Part shown: positions 1 to 8,001 of the stretch, one piece after another | How positions within the stretch are numbered: the stretch's first letter is position 1 | Layout of the letters: every line of letters starts with the position of its first letter | Source: Alphaproteobacteria bacterium | Lineage (GTDB): Bacteria > Pseudomonadota > Alphaproteobacteria > UBA2136 | DNA: 32,000 nucleotides | Assembly: GCA_047635695.1 (NCBI GenBank) | Contig: JBLILN010000006.1 | Location: forward strand, 43,089 to 75,088 | Reading direction: 5' to 3' | Translations under genes and position numbers: made by a program | Notes under the pieces: generated by a model | What the model was told of the DNA's origin: nothing | Databases searched by the model: none | What the model saw: the letters and a program-made list of their open reading frames with translations, nothing else

Positions 1-242
1 CCCACACCTAAGAAAATGGCATGCTCAAAGTTTTCAGCCCAACTTTCAGCCAGAGCTTCAAGCCCTACCAAGTCTTCTTGTTGTTCACAAACTGTAAAGC
101 CTGGGAACATGCCGGCTTTTAAAGCCTCTGTAAAGGCGCCAATTTTTTCGACCTTTGCATGAATGTCGTCCAAAAGGGTTTTTCTTGTGAGGGATAATGT
201 GCCAAGGGCTGTCATATCATCATAGCGATACAAATTCGTCAT
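1..242 (-). CDS. N-terminal part of a putative sugar-phosphate isomerase (phosphoglucose-isomerase-like); continues past the left window edge
   Basis: Frame is open from ATG (242..240) to the window edge; it is absent from the ORF track because there is no stop in the window. Translation MTNLYRYDDMTALGTLSLTRKTLLDDIHAKVEKIGAFTEALKAGMFPGFTVCEQQEDLVGLEALAESWAENFEHAIFLGVG ends in an IFLGVG(G) segment. This resembles the GIGGS loop that opens the SIS domain of PGI-type isomerases. The match is weak and partial. Confidence 0.3.
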   Translation of the reverse strand, partial: MTNLYRYDDMTALGTLSLTRKTLLDDIHAKVEKIGAFTEALKAGMFPGFTVCEQQEDLVGLEALAESWAENFEHAIFLGV

Positions 243-376
243 AAAAATGCCTTACTTATCAAAGTTAATTTATATTCATTATATGTGGAAGCGAAATATA
301 CAGAGTACATGCGCACCGCAAAAGTTAAACAAAAGAATAATAACGTACAGATAAGTACCTTATAAGACTTTCAAGG

Positions 377-2467
377 TTAGTTTAACGTCTTTCGCTGTAT
401 GACGTCAAATTCTTCTGAAAGCTCTGCGGCTGGCATAGCAAAGTGATAACCTTGTGCAAAGTCGATACCGAGGCGTCTTAATAGCGCCACCGTTTCTGGT
501 TCTTCAACCATTTCGGCCACTGTCTTAATGTCGAAACGACGGGCAATATCACGTAGGGCACGCACAAAAGTTTCGTCTTCTTTGTTGCGGTGTAGGTCAC
601 GAATGAATGAACCATCAATCTTAATATAGTCAAGGTCTAGCTGGCGAATGTAGTCAAAGGATGAATAACCAACACCGCAGTCATCAAGCGCAAACTGCGC
701 ACCCAAACTTTTAAATTTAGAAATAACACGCCTTGCATGGTCCATGTCTTTCAAAGCTGATGTTTCTGTAAGTTCAAAAATAACACTCGCTGGCTTGATA
801 TTTTTTGTTGACAGATGGTGCGTGATGCGTTCAATAACTTCTGAATCTGAAAATGTTTTACCTGAAATATTAATGCTTAAATTTATATTTTTGCCTTCAG
901 CTTGCCACTTTTCGAGCATATCCATCGCACGGCAGGCAACAATTCTATCCAGTTTCGAAATAATACCAAATTCTTCTGCAACTTCGATAAATTGTACAGG
1001 TGAGACAATGTTATTATCTTCATCTAAAAGGCGCACCAAAACTTCATAACGTTCAACGGTTGAGGTGTTAGCAAAGCTTACAATAGGCTGATAATATAAA
1101 ATAAGGCGCTCTTGTTCATGTTCAAGACACTTTGAAACAAAATTTGAAAGCTCCATTTTTTTCAATGAATCTTGTTGGCGTAATTCAAGCTCATCAAACA
1201 AGCAATAAGTGTTACTACCTCTTGCTTTTGCTTCACCCAATGCAATATGCACATTTGATAAAAGTTCGTCCGCTGTATTACCATCACGACCAAGAGAAAT
1301 ACCACCTGCACGTGCTGTTACATACGTAGATTTACCCTCAATTTGAAATTCACGTGCACTTAAAGCACGTAAAATTTCTTTCGCTTGGATACCCGCGTCG
1401 ACTGTTGACGTATTACTTAAAATAATCGCAAATTCGTCACCGCCTGTACGTGCAACAAAATCGTCTGTACGTAACATTCTCTTTAAAAGCTGTGCAAAAT
1501 GTACAACAAGTTTGTCACCTGCACCATAACCGATACTGTCGTTTACAAGTTTAAAGCGGTCTATATTAAGTACAATTAAGGCACCTTCTAAGCCTTCTCG
1601 TAAATGACGTCTCAGCACACGGCCAAGTTCGTCTGTAAAACGGCTACGGTTATAAAAACCAGTAAGTGCATCATTATTTGCCATGAAATACAAGTGGTCC
1701 ACAGAGGCTTTTTCGTTCGATATGTCTTTCGCGACACCACGATAACCAGTGACTTGACCTTTTTTATCAAAAACAGGGACACCGCTAAGTGACCAACATT
1801 TTCTGGTACCATAAGAGTCAAAGCTCCAGAATTCTTCCTCTTGGAAAGGGCGTGGTTCTTTAAAAAGTTGGCTGAATTCGTCTTCGATGCGGCTACCTTC
1901 TTCAGGCAGGAAGCACTTTAAAAATGACATGCCTGTGTCAATATTTTCCATAGATCTTTTACGGCTCGATGAAAAAACTATTTTAAGCGATTTGTCAATT
2001 TCCCACAGCCAGTCGGCAAAATGGTCTGCTACATCACGGAAGCGTTGTTCCGCATTTTGATATACTTCTTCAAGCTGTTGTACCGACTTACCGAGGCGGT
2101 AGTGGTCTTTCACAGCGTCTAAAATACTCATAAACACATCTTGATCGACACTGGTCCTTGGTAAAATGAATTTAATGCCGCGTGTTCTCACACGTGTAGA
2201 AACGTCAAGTGAGTCGGTCATAACCATGATAGGACCCTTGTGGTGTCTTTCTACATGGTCAATGAAATCAGCAAATTGTTCCGTATAAACGTCCGTCACT
2301 AATACAATAGTCTCGAAAGAGTCATGTCCTTCTAAGGCAAGGAGCCCAGCTTCATAGCCGACAGATACGTGATGTTCTATACCAAGAAGCGGTGAGTTTT
2401 GTCTTAAAAACAAAGTTCTCACTTTTTCGGCTAATATTAACTCTGGTGTGACGATTAAAATCGGCAT
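377..2467 (-). CDS. Receiver-like / PAS / GGDEF / EAL c-di-GMP turnover protein
   Basis: 696-aa ORF. The N-terminal receiver-like fold lacks the usual acidic pair (MPILIVTPEL). A PAS-like middle follows. GGDEF is intact, with an RxxD I-site five residues upstream (RTDDFVARTGGDEF). EAL-domain motifs are present: YEVLVRL, ELTET, DDCGVGYSS, KIDGSF, AEMVE, QGYHF. Confidence 0.85.
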   Translation of the reverse strand: MPILIVTPELILAEKVRTLFLRQNSPLLGIEHHVSVGYEAGLLALEGHDSFETIVLVTDVYTEQFADFIDHVERHHKGPIMVMTDSLDVSTRVRTRGIKFILPRTSVDQDVFMSILDAVKDHYRLGKSVQQLEEVYQNAEQRFRDVADHFADWLWEIDKSLKIVFSSSRKRSMENIDTGMSFLKCFLPEEGSRIEDEFSQLFKEPRPFQEEEFWSFDSYGTRKCWSLSGVPVFDKKGQVTGYRGVAKDISNEKASVDHLYFMANNDALTGFYNRSRFTDELGRVLRRHLREGLEGALIVLNIDRFKLVNDSIGYGAGDKLVVHFAQLLKRMLRTDDFVARTGGDEFAIILSNTSTVDAGIQAKEILRALSAREFQIEGKSTYVTARAGGISLGRDGNTADELLSNVHIALGEAKARGSNTYCLFDELELRQQDSLKKMELSNFVSKCLEHEQERLILYYQPIVSFANTSTVERYEVLVRLLDEDNNIVSPVQFIEVAEEFGIISKLDRIVACRAMDMLEKWQAEGKNINLSINISGKTFSDSEVIERITHHLSTKNIKPASVIFELTETSALKDMDHARRVISKFKSLGAQFALDDCGVGYSSFDYIRQLDLDYIKIDGSFIRDLHRNKEDETFVRALRDIARRFDIKTVAEMVEEPETVALLRRLGIDFAQGYHFAMPAAELSEEFDVIQRKTLN

Positions 2468-2618
2468 TCATTAAGGTCCTTTCTATCTGCTCTTACTTAT
2501 GCAAGGGCATTCAAACTATTACTTTAGTATAACTGACAAATGTCTATGCGCTGTATTAAGCACATTTTATGCCAAGTTTTAAAAAGCACACCTTTTTAGA
2601 TAGATAAATAATAGTTTA

Positions 2619-3341
2619 CTAGCAAATAATTGTATTTGGGTTGTTGTCTCTTGCCTGTGACAGCTTACCGTCCATAACATATAATAAGCCAGCCATATCA
2701 CGTATTGCCGGGTCACGGCTATCCACAACACAACCACTCATTGTCATGCGCACACGCCCCATAGAAAGTTCGTAATCTCTATCGACTGATTCACGGATAC
2801 GTTCAGCTAAAATTTTAGCACCTTCCATGTCAGTTTCTGGGCACAACACCATAAATGTACGTTCACTTGTGCGACCAGGAGAATCACTATCACGTACAAA
2901 ATGACGAATCGCGCGTGATGCTTCACCAACCAACAAGTTAATATCACTCATGCCTAAGTTTTTTAAATCATCTCCAAATGGGTCTAATTCAAAAGCGATG
3001 ACACTGAAGTGTGTATCGTAACGCAGGGCACGGTAAAGTTCTTTTTCTACGAGATGAAGTATATAGCGACGCGAAAACATTTGTGTAATTTCGTCATAAG
3101 CCATGAGTTCTCTTAGATAAGAAACGGCTGTTTCTAGGGCTTTACCACTACGTTCTAAGGTAACAACCAAGTCGGTAATTTTTGCCATTTCTTCGCGTGA
3201 AATATTAATAGCGCCGTCGGTCATTGTCAGACGTACTTTGTTTGACTTTACTCTGGCTATAAAGTCCTCTGCTTCTTCTAAAGATGTTTCGATATCACGA
3301 ATGGTACGAATGTCCTGTAGAATGCTTGGCGCGTCTTTCAT
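2619..3341 (-). CDS. Degenerate GGDEF-domain protein (signature replaced by SERTF) with N-terminal coiled-coil-like region
   Basis: 240-aa ORF. It follows the GGDEF-domain pattern (ITQMFSRRY..., FSVIAFELDPFG, ...FMVLCPETDMEGAKILAERIRESV, ...MSGCVV...). The GG(D/E)EF position reads SERTF, so it is probably not a cyclase. Confidence 0.6.
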   Translation of the reverse strand: MKDAPSILQDIRTIRDIETSLEEAEDFIARVKSNKVRLTMTDGAINISREEMAKITDLVVTLERSGKALETAVSYLRELMAYDEITQMFSRRYILHLVEKELYRALRYDTHFSVIAFELDPFGDDLKNLGMSDINLLVGEASRAIRHFVRDSDSPGRTSERTFMVLCPETDMEGAKILAERIRESVDRDYELSMGRVRMTMSGCVVDSRDPAIRDMAGLLYVMDGKLSQARDNNPNTIIC

Positions 3342-3602
3342 ATATACATACTTTACTATTAATTAATATTTATAGGGGCAATTCTGCGTCTAAAATAAAA
3401 TAAAAGCAAACAAAACACTTACGCTTTTCTAAAGTAAGGGCACTATAAAGGAGCCCTTGTTTCAAACGTGCAACGCTTCTAGACCATAAAATGACACTAA
3501 CCCTATTAACAACAGGCTACCCACCATATTTTCCTAAAAATGAAATAAGGCCAAGCTTTGAAAAAAGCATATACACCAATAAAATCAACATGTTGCAATT
3601 AT

Positions 3603-3618
3603 TGGCACGGTTCATGCT
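3603..3618 (+). promoter_or_regulatory. Sigma-54 (-24/-12) promoter for flgF operon
   Basis: TGGCACGGTTCATGCT versus consensus TGGCACG-N4-TTGCW. GG and GC are correctly spaced and there is one mismatch in the -12 box. It lies 58 nt upstream of the flgF ATG. Confidence 0.7.
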
Positions 3619-3675
3619 TTTACTTCCGGTAACAGGTTTCTGGGGAGAAGCCGAACTAATTGGGAGAAAAAAAAC

Positions 3676-4401
3676 ATGACAGTACCAGTTTACATCGTTT
3701 CGTCACATATGCTTGGGCAACGCTCAAAGCTTGATATGGTAGCCGATAACGTGGCTAACGCCAATACAACTGGTTACAAAAAGCTGGGCATGAGTTTTTC
3801 TGAAATTGTGAGCCGTCAAAAAACACAAGAAGTCGCTTCTTTCACACATCATAACGGTACACATTACGACTTTTCTCAAGGTGGCCTTACAAGAACAGAT
3901 AACGACCTTGATATGTCTATTACAGGTGCTGGCTTTTTCGCTACAGAAAGAAACGGTCAAACACACTACACCAGAAATGGTAAATTCGGCCTTAGCTCTG
4001 AGGGAAACCTTATTACTGACACAGGATCACCTGTACTCGATACAAACGGTGGCCCGATTAACATACCTGCCGACAGTACAAAAATTACAGTAACGCAAGA
4101 CGGTACCATCGCCAACCAAAATGGCCCTCTTGCAAGTATCGGTATTTTTAATATCGACGAACCACAAAAACTTATTCGTACGGGTAGCCACGGTTATATT
4201 TATAACGGTGCAGAGCCAACACTATCGACAACGGCCGCTATCACACAAGGGTTTGTTGAAAATGCCAACATTAACCCTATCGAAGAAACAGTGAACTTAA
4301 CAGAAATTAACCGCAGCTATACATCAAGTTCAAAACTTGTGAAGTCGCTCGAAGAACTTCAACAAAATGTCATTCGCAACCTATCGCGTTTGCCACAATA
4401 A
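3676..4401 (+). CDS. flgF: Flagellar basal-body rod protein FlgF
   Basis: 241 aa. N-terminal rod-protein motif (LDMVADNVANANTTGYKK) and a C-terminal rod-family segment. It sits directly upstream of flgG. Confidence 0.85.
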   Translation: MTVPVYIVSSHMLGQRSKLDMVADNVANANTTGYKKLGMSFSEIVSRQKTQEVASFTHHNGTHYDFSQGGLTRTDNDLDMSITGAGFFATERNGQTHYTRNGKFGLSSEGNLITDTGSPVLDTNGGPINIPADSTKITVTQDGTIANQNGPLASIGIFNIDEPQKLIRTGSHGYIYNGAEPTLSTTAAITQGFVENANINPIEETVNLTEINRSYTSSSKLVKSLEELQQNVIRNLSRLPQ

Positions 4402-4422
4402 GATAAATAAGGAGATAATATT

Positions 4423-5199
4423 ATGAATGCTTTAAAAATTGGTGCAACAGGTATGCTCGCACAGCAGTCGAACGTCGACGTGCTTGCCAACAACATTGCC
4501 AACATTAACACCACCGCTTTTAAACGCCAACGTGTTGCCTTTCAGGATCTTCTCTATATGAACGAAACAACACCAGGTGCGACAACATCTTCAACTGACA
4601 CACAAGCAGCAAGCGGTGTTCAGTATGGTTTAGGTGTGAATGTGGGTTCTGTTTATCGTAACTTTACACAGGGTGCTGTAACAAGAACTGATGCGCCACT
4701 CGATATGTCAATACAAGGACGTGGCTTCTTCAATGTAACCATGCCCGATGGCAGTACAGCTTACACAAGAGACGGTGCTTTTCAGATTGATAAAAACGGT
4801 AACATGGTAACAGGACAAGGTTTTGCCCTTGACCCTGCTATCACACTACCAGCAGACGCCGTTGACCTTAACATTGCCTCAGACGGGACTGTTAGCGCCA
4901 AGCTTGGCGAAAATATTGTAGAACTTGGGCAAATTACAACGACTATGTTCATTAACGAGTCAGGTCTCGAAGCTATTGGTGACAACCTTTACAAAGAAAC
5001 AGCTGCTTCTGGAGGTGCCAGTTCAGTGGTTGCCGGTGAAGATGGCTCGGGTGGTTTACTACAAAAACACCTTGAAGGCTCAAACGTTGATGCCATCGAG
5101 GGTATTACAGACCTCATTACGGCACAACGTGCCTACGAGTTGAACTCAAAAATCATCACCACTGCCGATGAAATGATGAGTGCAGCCAACCAAATATAA
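4423..5199 (+). CDS. flgG: Flagellar distal rod protein FlgG
   Basis: 258 aa. MNALKIGATGMLAQQSNVDVLANNIANINTTAFKRQR at the N-terminus and ITAQRAYELNSKIITTADEMM at the C-terminus are typical of FlgG. AGGAG RBS upstream. Confidence 0.92.
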   Translation: MNALKIGATGMLAQQSNVDVLANNIANINTTAFKRQRVAFQDLLYMNETTPGATTSSTDTQAASGVQYGLGVNVGSVYRNFTQGAVTRTDAPLDMSIQGRGFFNVTMPDGSTAYTRDGAFQIDKNGNMVTGQGFALDPAITLPADAVDLNIASDGTVSAKLGENIVELGQITTTMFINESGLEAIGDNLYKETAASGGASSVVAGEDGSGGLLQKHLEGSNVDAIEGITDLITAQRAYELNSKIITTADEMMSAANQI

Positions 5200-5226
5200 T
5201 AAGCATTAAAACTGGGGAGATATAAA

Positions 5227-5697
5227 ATGTACACGGAAAAACTTATAAAAGGCACCATGATTGCTGTGAGTTTCACACTACTCATGATGGCTGCAGGTAT
5301 GGCCAACGCAGATGAAACGGCCATTATTCCTACCTTAAAGGTAGCAGCCAATAGAGGTGACATGATCACAAGTAATATGCTGACTGAATTAAGCCACCCG
5401 AAAAACCAAATCACAAGCACCATCATTCGTGATGCTGATAATGTGGTGGGTATGGAAACAACAAGACGCGTTCGTGCCGGTTACCCACTACGCAATAAAC
5501 AGTTCCGCATTGCGCCGACTGTTAAAAAAGGACATGTGGTGACGGTTGTTTTTCAAAAAGCAGGTGTTTTACTCACCACTGAAGGCACTGTCATGAACGA
5601 CGCTGTCGCAGGTGATTTTGTTAAAATAATGAACAGTGGTTCTAGCCGACTACTACGCGGTATCGTACAAGAAAACGGCACCATTGCCGTCAACTAA
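5227..5697 (+). CDS. flgA: Flagellar P-ring assembly chaperone FlgA
   Basis: 156 aa with a signal peptide. The C-terminal FlgA/SAF-like segment reads RAGYPLRNKQFRIAPTVKKGHVVTVVFQ...GDFVKIMNSGSSRLLRGIV. Its position between flgG and flgH fits. Confidence 0.8.
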   Translation: MYTEKLIKGTMIAVSFTLLMMAAGMANADETAIIPTLKVAANRGDMITSNMLTELSHPKNQITSTIIRDADNVVGMETTRRVRAGYPLRNKQFRIAPTVKKGHVVTVVFQKAGVLLTTEGTVMNDAVAGDFVKIMNSGSSRLLRGIVQENGTIAVN

Positions 5698-5711
5698 GGG
5701 GAGATTATAAA

Positions 5712-6440
5712 ATGAATAAAACAGCTTTAATAATAACATTATTATTTACATCCACCTCCATGAGCGGCTGTATCTATAACACCAGACCCGAGTTCACACC
5801 TGTGAGCCAGTCCGTCAACACAAAGATGGAAAACCGTATTATGGAAGCCCCTTTGGTTAAACCAAGACAAGAGGCACGTTCTAATGGCTCTCTATGGCAA
5901 AAAGGGGCATCAGGCTTCTTTAAAGACAACCGTGCTAAAGCAGTGGGTGACATTGTGACCGTGGTGGTGAGCGAAAGCGCCAAGGCTGAAGTAGAAGCAA
6001 CGACCGAGTCAAACCGCACACATAACGCACTTGCTGGTGTCGATAAATTGCTAAACCTAACGGGTATGCTGAAGCACGCCTTCCTTGCAGACCCTATTAC
6101 AGGCAACATACTGGAAACCGATTCCACACGAAAATTCTCAGGTGACGGTACAACAGAACGTGAAGACAAGCTTGAAGGCCGTATTGCTGCCATGGTGACA
6201 GAAGTATTACCAAACGGTTATTTGGTTATTCAAGGTCAACGTGAAGTGTTGATTAACTATGAATTACAGCAAATGAATATCCGTGGGATTATTCGTACGG
6301 AAGATATTACCGCTGAGAACACCATACCATCGGAAAAAATTGCCGAGGCACGTATCGCTTACACAGGACGTGGCATGGTTGACGAATCTCAGGAAACACA
6401 GCCAGCCATCAAGTTTATTGATAAATGGTTGCCTTGGTAA
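5712..6440 (+). CDS. flgH: Flagellar L-ring lipoprotein FlgH
   Basis: 242 aa. Lipobox LFTSTSMSGC. Conserved FlgH core: SLWQ..., DNRAKAVGDIVTVVV, ...GNILETDSTRKFSGDG, VLPNGYLVIQGQREV. Confidence 0.92.
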   Translation: MNKTALIITLLFTSTSMSGCIYNTRPEFTPVSQSVNTKMENRIMEAPLVKPRQEARSNGSLWQKGASGFFKDNRAKAVGDIVTVVVSESAKAEVEATTESNRTHNALAGVDKLLNLTGMLKHAFLADPITGNILETDSTRKFSGDGTTEREDKLEGRIAAMVTEVLPNGYLVIQGQREVLINYELQQMNIRGIIRTEDITAENTIPSEKIAEARIAYTGRGMVDESQETQPAIKFIDKWLPW

Positions 6441-6627
6441 ACAACGGTCAATATAGCAACAAATAGAAAGTATGCGATGAAAAAGCATTAAAAGAGATTT
6501 TAAAAAGGCACAGGTACACAAGGTTAAAGGTTTGTTTTAAAACCGCCTAAAACCATAAAATTACCCACAAACCTTTATGAAATTTCTTTTTAAATGAGTT
6601 TGACTGTGAGTTCTCCGAACTTCTCCT

Positions 6628-6636
6628 CCCCCCCCC
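6628..6636 (+). repeat. Homopolymeric C9 tract (loop of hairpin 1)
   Basis: Counted directly: 9 consecutive C, preceded by cttctcct. Confidence 0.9.
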
Positions 6637-6687
6637 AATGGAGGCTTACAGTCAACCCTATGGAGGTCAACCTCTCTTATCTTCTCT

Positions 6688-6696
6688 CCCCCCCCC
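6688..6696 (+). repeat. Homopolymeric C9 tract (loop of hairpin 2)
   Basis: Counted directly: 9 consecutive C, preceded by cttctct. Confidence 0.9.
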
Positions 6697-6830
6697 TTGA
6701 GAAGTTGGCCGCCAACCTTGAAGCGTAGAAAAAGAACAAGAACTTTAACGCGTTTCATGGCCCCGCCGGAAGTTTCAAGTAGAAACTTCTACCCCGGGTG
6801 GTTCAAGTAGAATTGCCCACCCATTAAAAA

Positions 6831-6862
6831 GCCCCCATTCTCCCCCCCCCGGGGGCTTTTTT
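6831..6862. terminator. Intrinsic terminator hairpin (A-tract / GCCCCC...GGGGGC / T-tract)
   Basis: aaaaaGCCCCCattctcccccccccGGGGGCtttttt. It is flanked by A5 and T6, so it could work in both directions. It is the first convincing terminator downstream of flgH. Confidence 0.6.
6842..6850 (+). repeat. Homopolymeric C9 tract (loop of terminator hairpin)
   Basis: Counted directly: 9 consecutive C, preceded by cattct and followed by GGGGGC-T6. Confidence 0.9.
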
Positions 6863-7023
6863 CTTTGTAGGCATAAAAATTTTAAGCCAATAATATAAAA
6901 AAAAGAGACAACAGGTGCGCGAGAGCATCAATACCCTGATAAAAACTTATAAACATATTGCTTGGCGTGGATATTGCAAACTAAAATGCTTATAATATAT
7001 ATTGAATAAATAAGGAAAAAAAC

Positions 7024-7509
7024 ATGCTTCGTCGAATATGTGCAACCACAGTTTTAAGTTTGGTTTTGCCAAGTATGGCTTTTTCAGCATGTTTACCTGC
7101 GGCTCTTTGTACGAAGGTAACAGGCCTTGCCGATGTGGCACTGGGTACTTGGGGCGGCAGTGGTGACCTAACAAGCAACTATACAATGTGCGCTTATGTA
7201 CAAAATGACAACGAAAGTAACTATACAGTCACAGGTTCCGGTACGGGTGCAGGCAGCGCCTATATCATTAGCAGTGGTGCTAAAGACATTCCCGTCACTG
7301 TTGAATATGAAGAAAGTGGTGCGGGCGGTTGGGTTGGCCTTACACCTACAGCCATCACTACCTTTGCAAACCCCAACACAGCCGATGAAGACTGCGCTGT
7401 GGGCGGTAATAGCGCCAAAGTGCGTGTTACAATACCATCAGCCAATATGGACTATGCCACGGCAGGTACCTACACAGGCACTGTCACGCTTGTAACATCC
7501 CCCGATTAA
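7024..7509 (+). CDS. Secreted pilin-like protein (spore-coat-U / DUF4402-like beta-sandwich pattern)
   Basis: 161 aa. Signal peptide MLRRICATTVLSLVLPSMAFSA and Cys pairs. The Gly/Thr-rich body ends in ATAGTYTGTVTLVTSP, like the aG.Y.g..tvtv C-terminus of SCPU/Csu-type or DUF4402 subunits. AAGGA RBS. No chaperone or usher gene in the window. Confidence 0.4.
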   Translation: MLRRICATTVLSLVLPSMAFSACLPAALCTKVTGLADVALGTWGGSGDLTSNYTMCAYVQNDNESNYTVTGSGTGAGSAYIISSGAKDIPVTVEYEESGAGGWVGLTPTAITTFANPNTADEDCAVGGNSAKVRVTIPSANMDYATAGTYTGTVTLVTSPD

Positions 7510-7587
7510 AAGCTGAAATTTTTCAAAAGTTATGCGAAAACAAGGCTATTGACACAGGTAAATAAATTGTATACCCTATTTACAAAC

Positions 7588-7629
7588 ATACATTTTCTTT
7601 TCACATACTCACTTCTTTGAGGTAAAACC
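7588..7629 (+). repeat. Leader sequence repeated at 29507..29544
   Basis: ATACATTTTCTTTTCACA...CACTTCTTTGAGGTAAAACC runs straight into the ATG at 7632. Compare ATACATTTACTTTTACA-CTTCTTTTTTGAGGTAAACCC at 29507..29544. Confidence 0.6.
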
Positions 7630-7631
7630 TT

Positions 7632-7958
7632 ATGAAATATTTAATTTTTATAGCCCTCGTCTTCTGTGGTTATGCCACCGTAGAATCAGGCATTGTCCCT
7701 GCAAGCAACGAACTATTTTCAACATTTAATACACTGGCGACGTTATTAATAGTAGTGGGGATATTCATAATATACCATCCAAATAAAGCCATCCATTATA
7801 CTGGTATAAGCATATTTGCCTTTGGCACAGGTATGCGTGCAGGCTCATTTCTTATCTTAAACAATGACACAACAGACACCGTTATTTTATTGATCTTCTC
7901 AGTCCTTCTTTTTGGCTTCCTTAATTGGGTACGAGACACGATGATCCAAAAAAAATAA
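7632..7958 (+). CDS. Small polytopic membrane protein, unknown function
   Basis: 108 aa with 3-4 hydrophobic helices. GAGGT RBS 8 nt upstream, and a strong terminator immediately downstream. Confidence 0.55.
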   Translation: MKYLIFIALVFCGYATVESGIVPASNELFSTFNTLATLLIVVGIFIIYHPNKAIHYTGISIFAFGTGMRAGSFLILNNDTTDTVILLIFSVLLFGFLNWVRDTMIQKK

Positions 7959-7970
7959 CATTTTAATCGA

Positions 7971-8001
7971 AAAAAAACCTCCCTTATGGGGAGGCTTTTT
8001 T
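7971..8001. terminator. Bidirectional intrinsic terminator between the 7632 gene (+) and flhB (-)
   Basis: aaaaaaaaCCTCCCttatgGGGAGGctttttt, with an A-tract and a T-tract on either side. Near-identical to the hairpin at 30219..30250. Confidence 0.75.

Larger units (their letters stand above)
6601..6862 (+). ncRNA. Candidate structured sRNA or 3'UTR-derived RNA with C-rich (anti-SD-like) loops, ending in an intrinsic terminator
   Basis: This is a GC-rich non-coding stretch after flgH, made of consecutive hairpins.
- Outer stem TGACTGT(6601-6607)/ACAGTCA(6648-6654) encloses CCTCC(6625-6629)/GGAGG(6640-6644).
- CTTCTC(6681-6686)/GAGAAG(6699-6704).
- GTTGG/CCAAC (6704-6716).
- GAAGTTTC(6769-6776)/GAAACTTC(6782-6789).
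- GGGTGG(6796-6801)/CCACCC(6817-6822).
- GCCCCC(6831-6836)/GGGGGC(6851-6856), followed by T6.
Three of the loops carry TTCTC(C)T-C9. No promoter was identified, and no terminator lies between the flgH stop and 6831. Confidence 0.35.

Noticed and set aside
744-1821. Short ORFs inside or antisense to the GGDEF-EAL gene (744..1049, 1132..1329, 1604..1792, 1612..1821). The same applies to similar nested ORFs in flgF/G/H, flhB, atpB, dsbA, mutY, GT1, rnhB, Slt and GT9.
   Set aside because: All are fully embedded in longer ORFs that carry clear family motifs. None has its own RBS or recognisable features.
2711-2722. DnaA-box-like CTATCCACA
   Set aside because: It is a single imperfect copy inside a CDS. 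There is no cluster of boxes or AT-rich unwinding element, so it is not an origin.
3491-3679. 62-aa ORF upstream of flgF
   Set aside because: It has no RBS, it contains the sigma-54 promoter of flgF, and it ends inside the flgF start region. It looks like non-coding leader.
6561-6758. 65-aa minus-strand ORF across the poly-C region
   Set aside because: Its translation (…KVGGQLLKGGGEKIREV…PPLGGGGEV…) comes from reading the C9 tracts as Gly codons. It has no RBS and lies entirely within stacked hairpins. An RNA or structural element explains it better.
6769-6822. T-loop-like GGTTCAAGT / TTTCAAGT motifs suggesting a tRNA, tRNA fragment or tmRNA piece
   Set aside because: There are no acceptor, D or anticodon arms and no CCA-proximal stem. 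The stems around the motif have the wrong spacing for a T-arm: 5-nt and 15-nt loops instead of 7.
7196-7495. Alternative-frame and antisense ORFs inside the 7024..7509 gene (7196..7495 +, 7260..7445 -)
   Set aside because: Only the 7024 frame has a signal peptide, an RBS and a protein-like sequence. The others are by-products of the Gly/Ala/Thr-rich codon composition.
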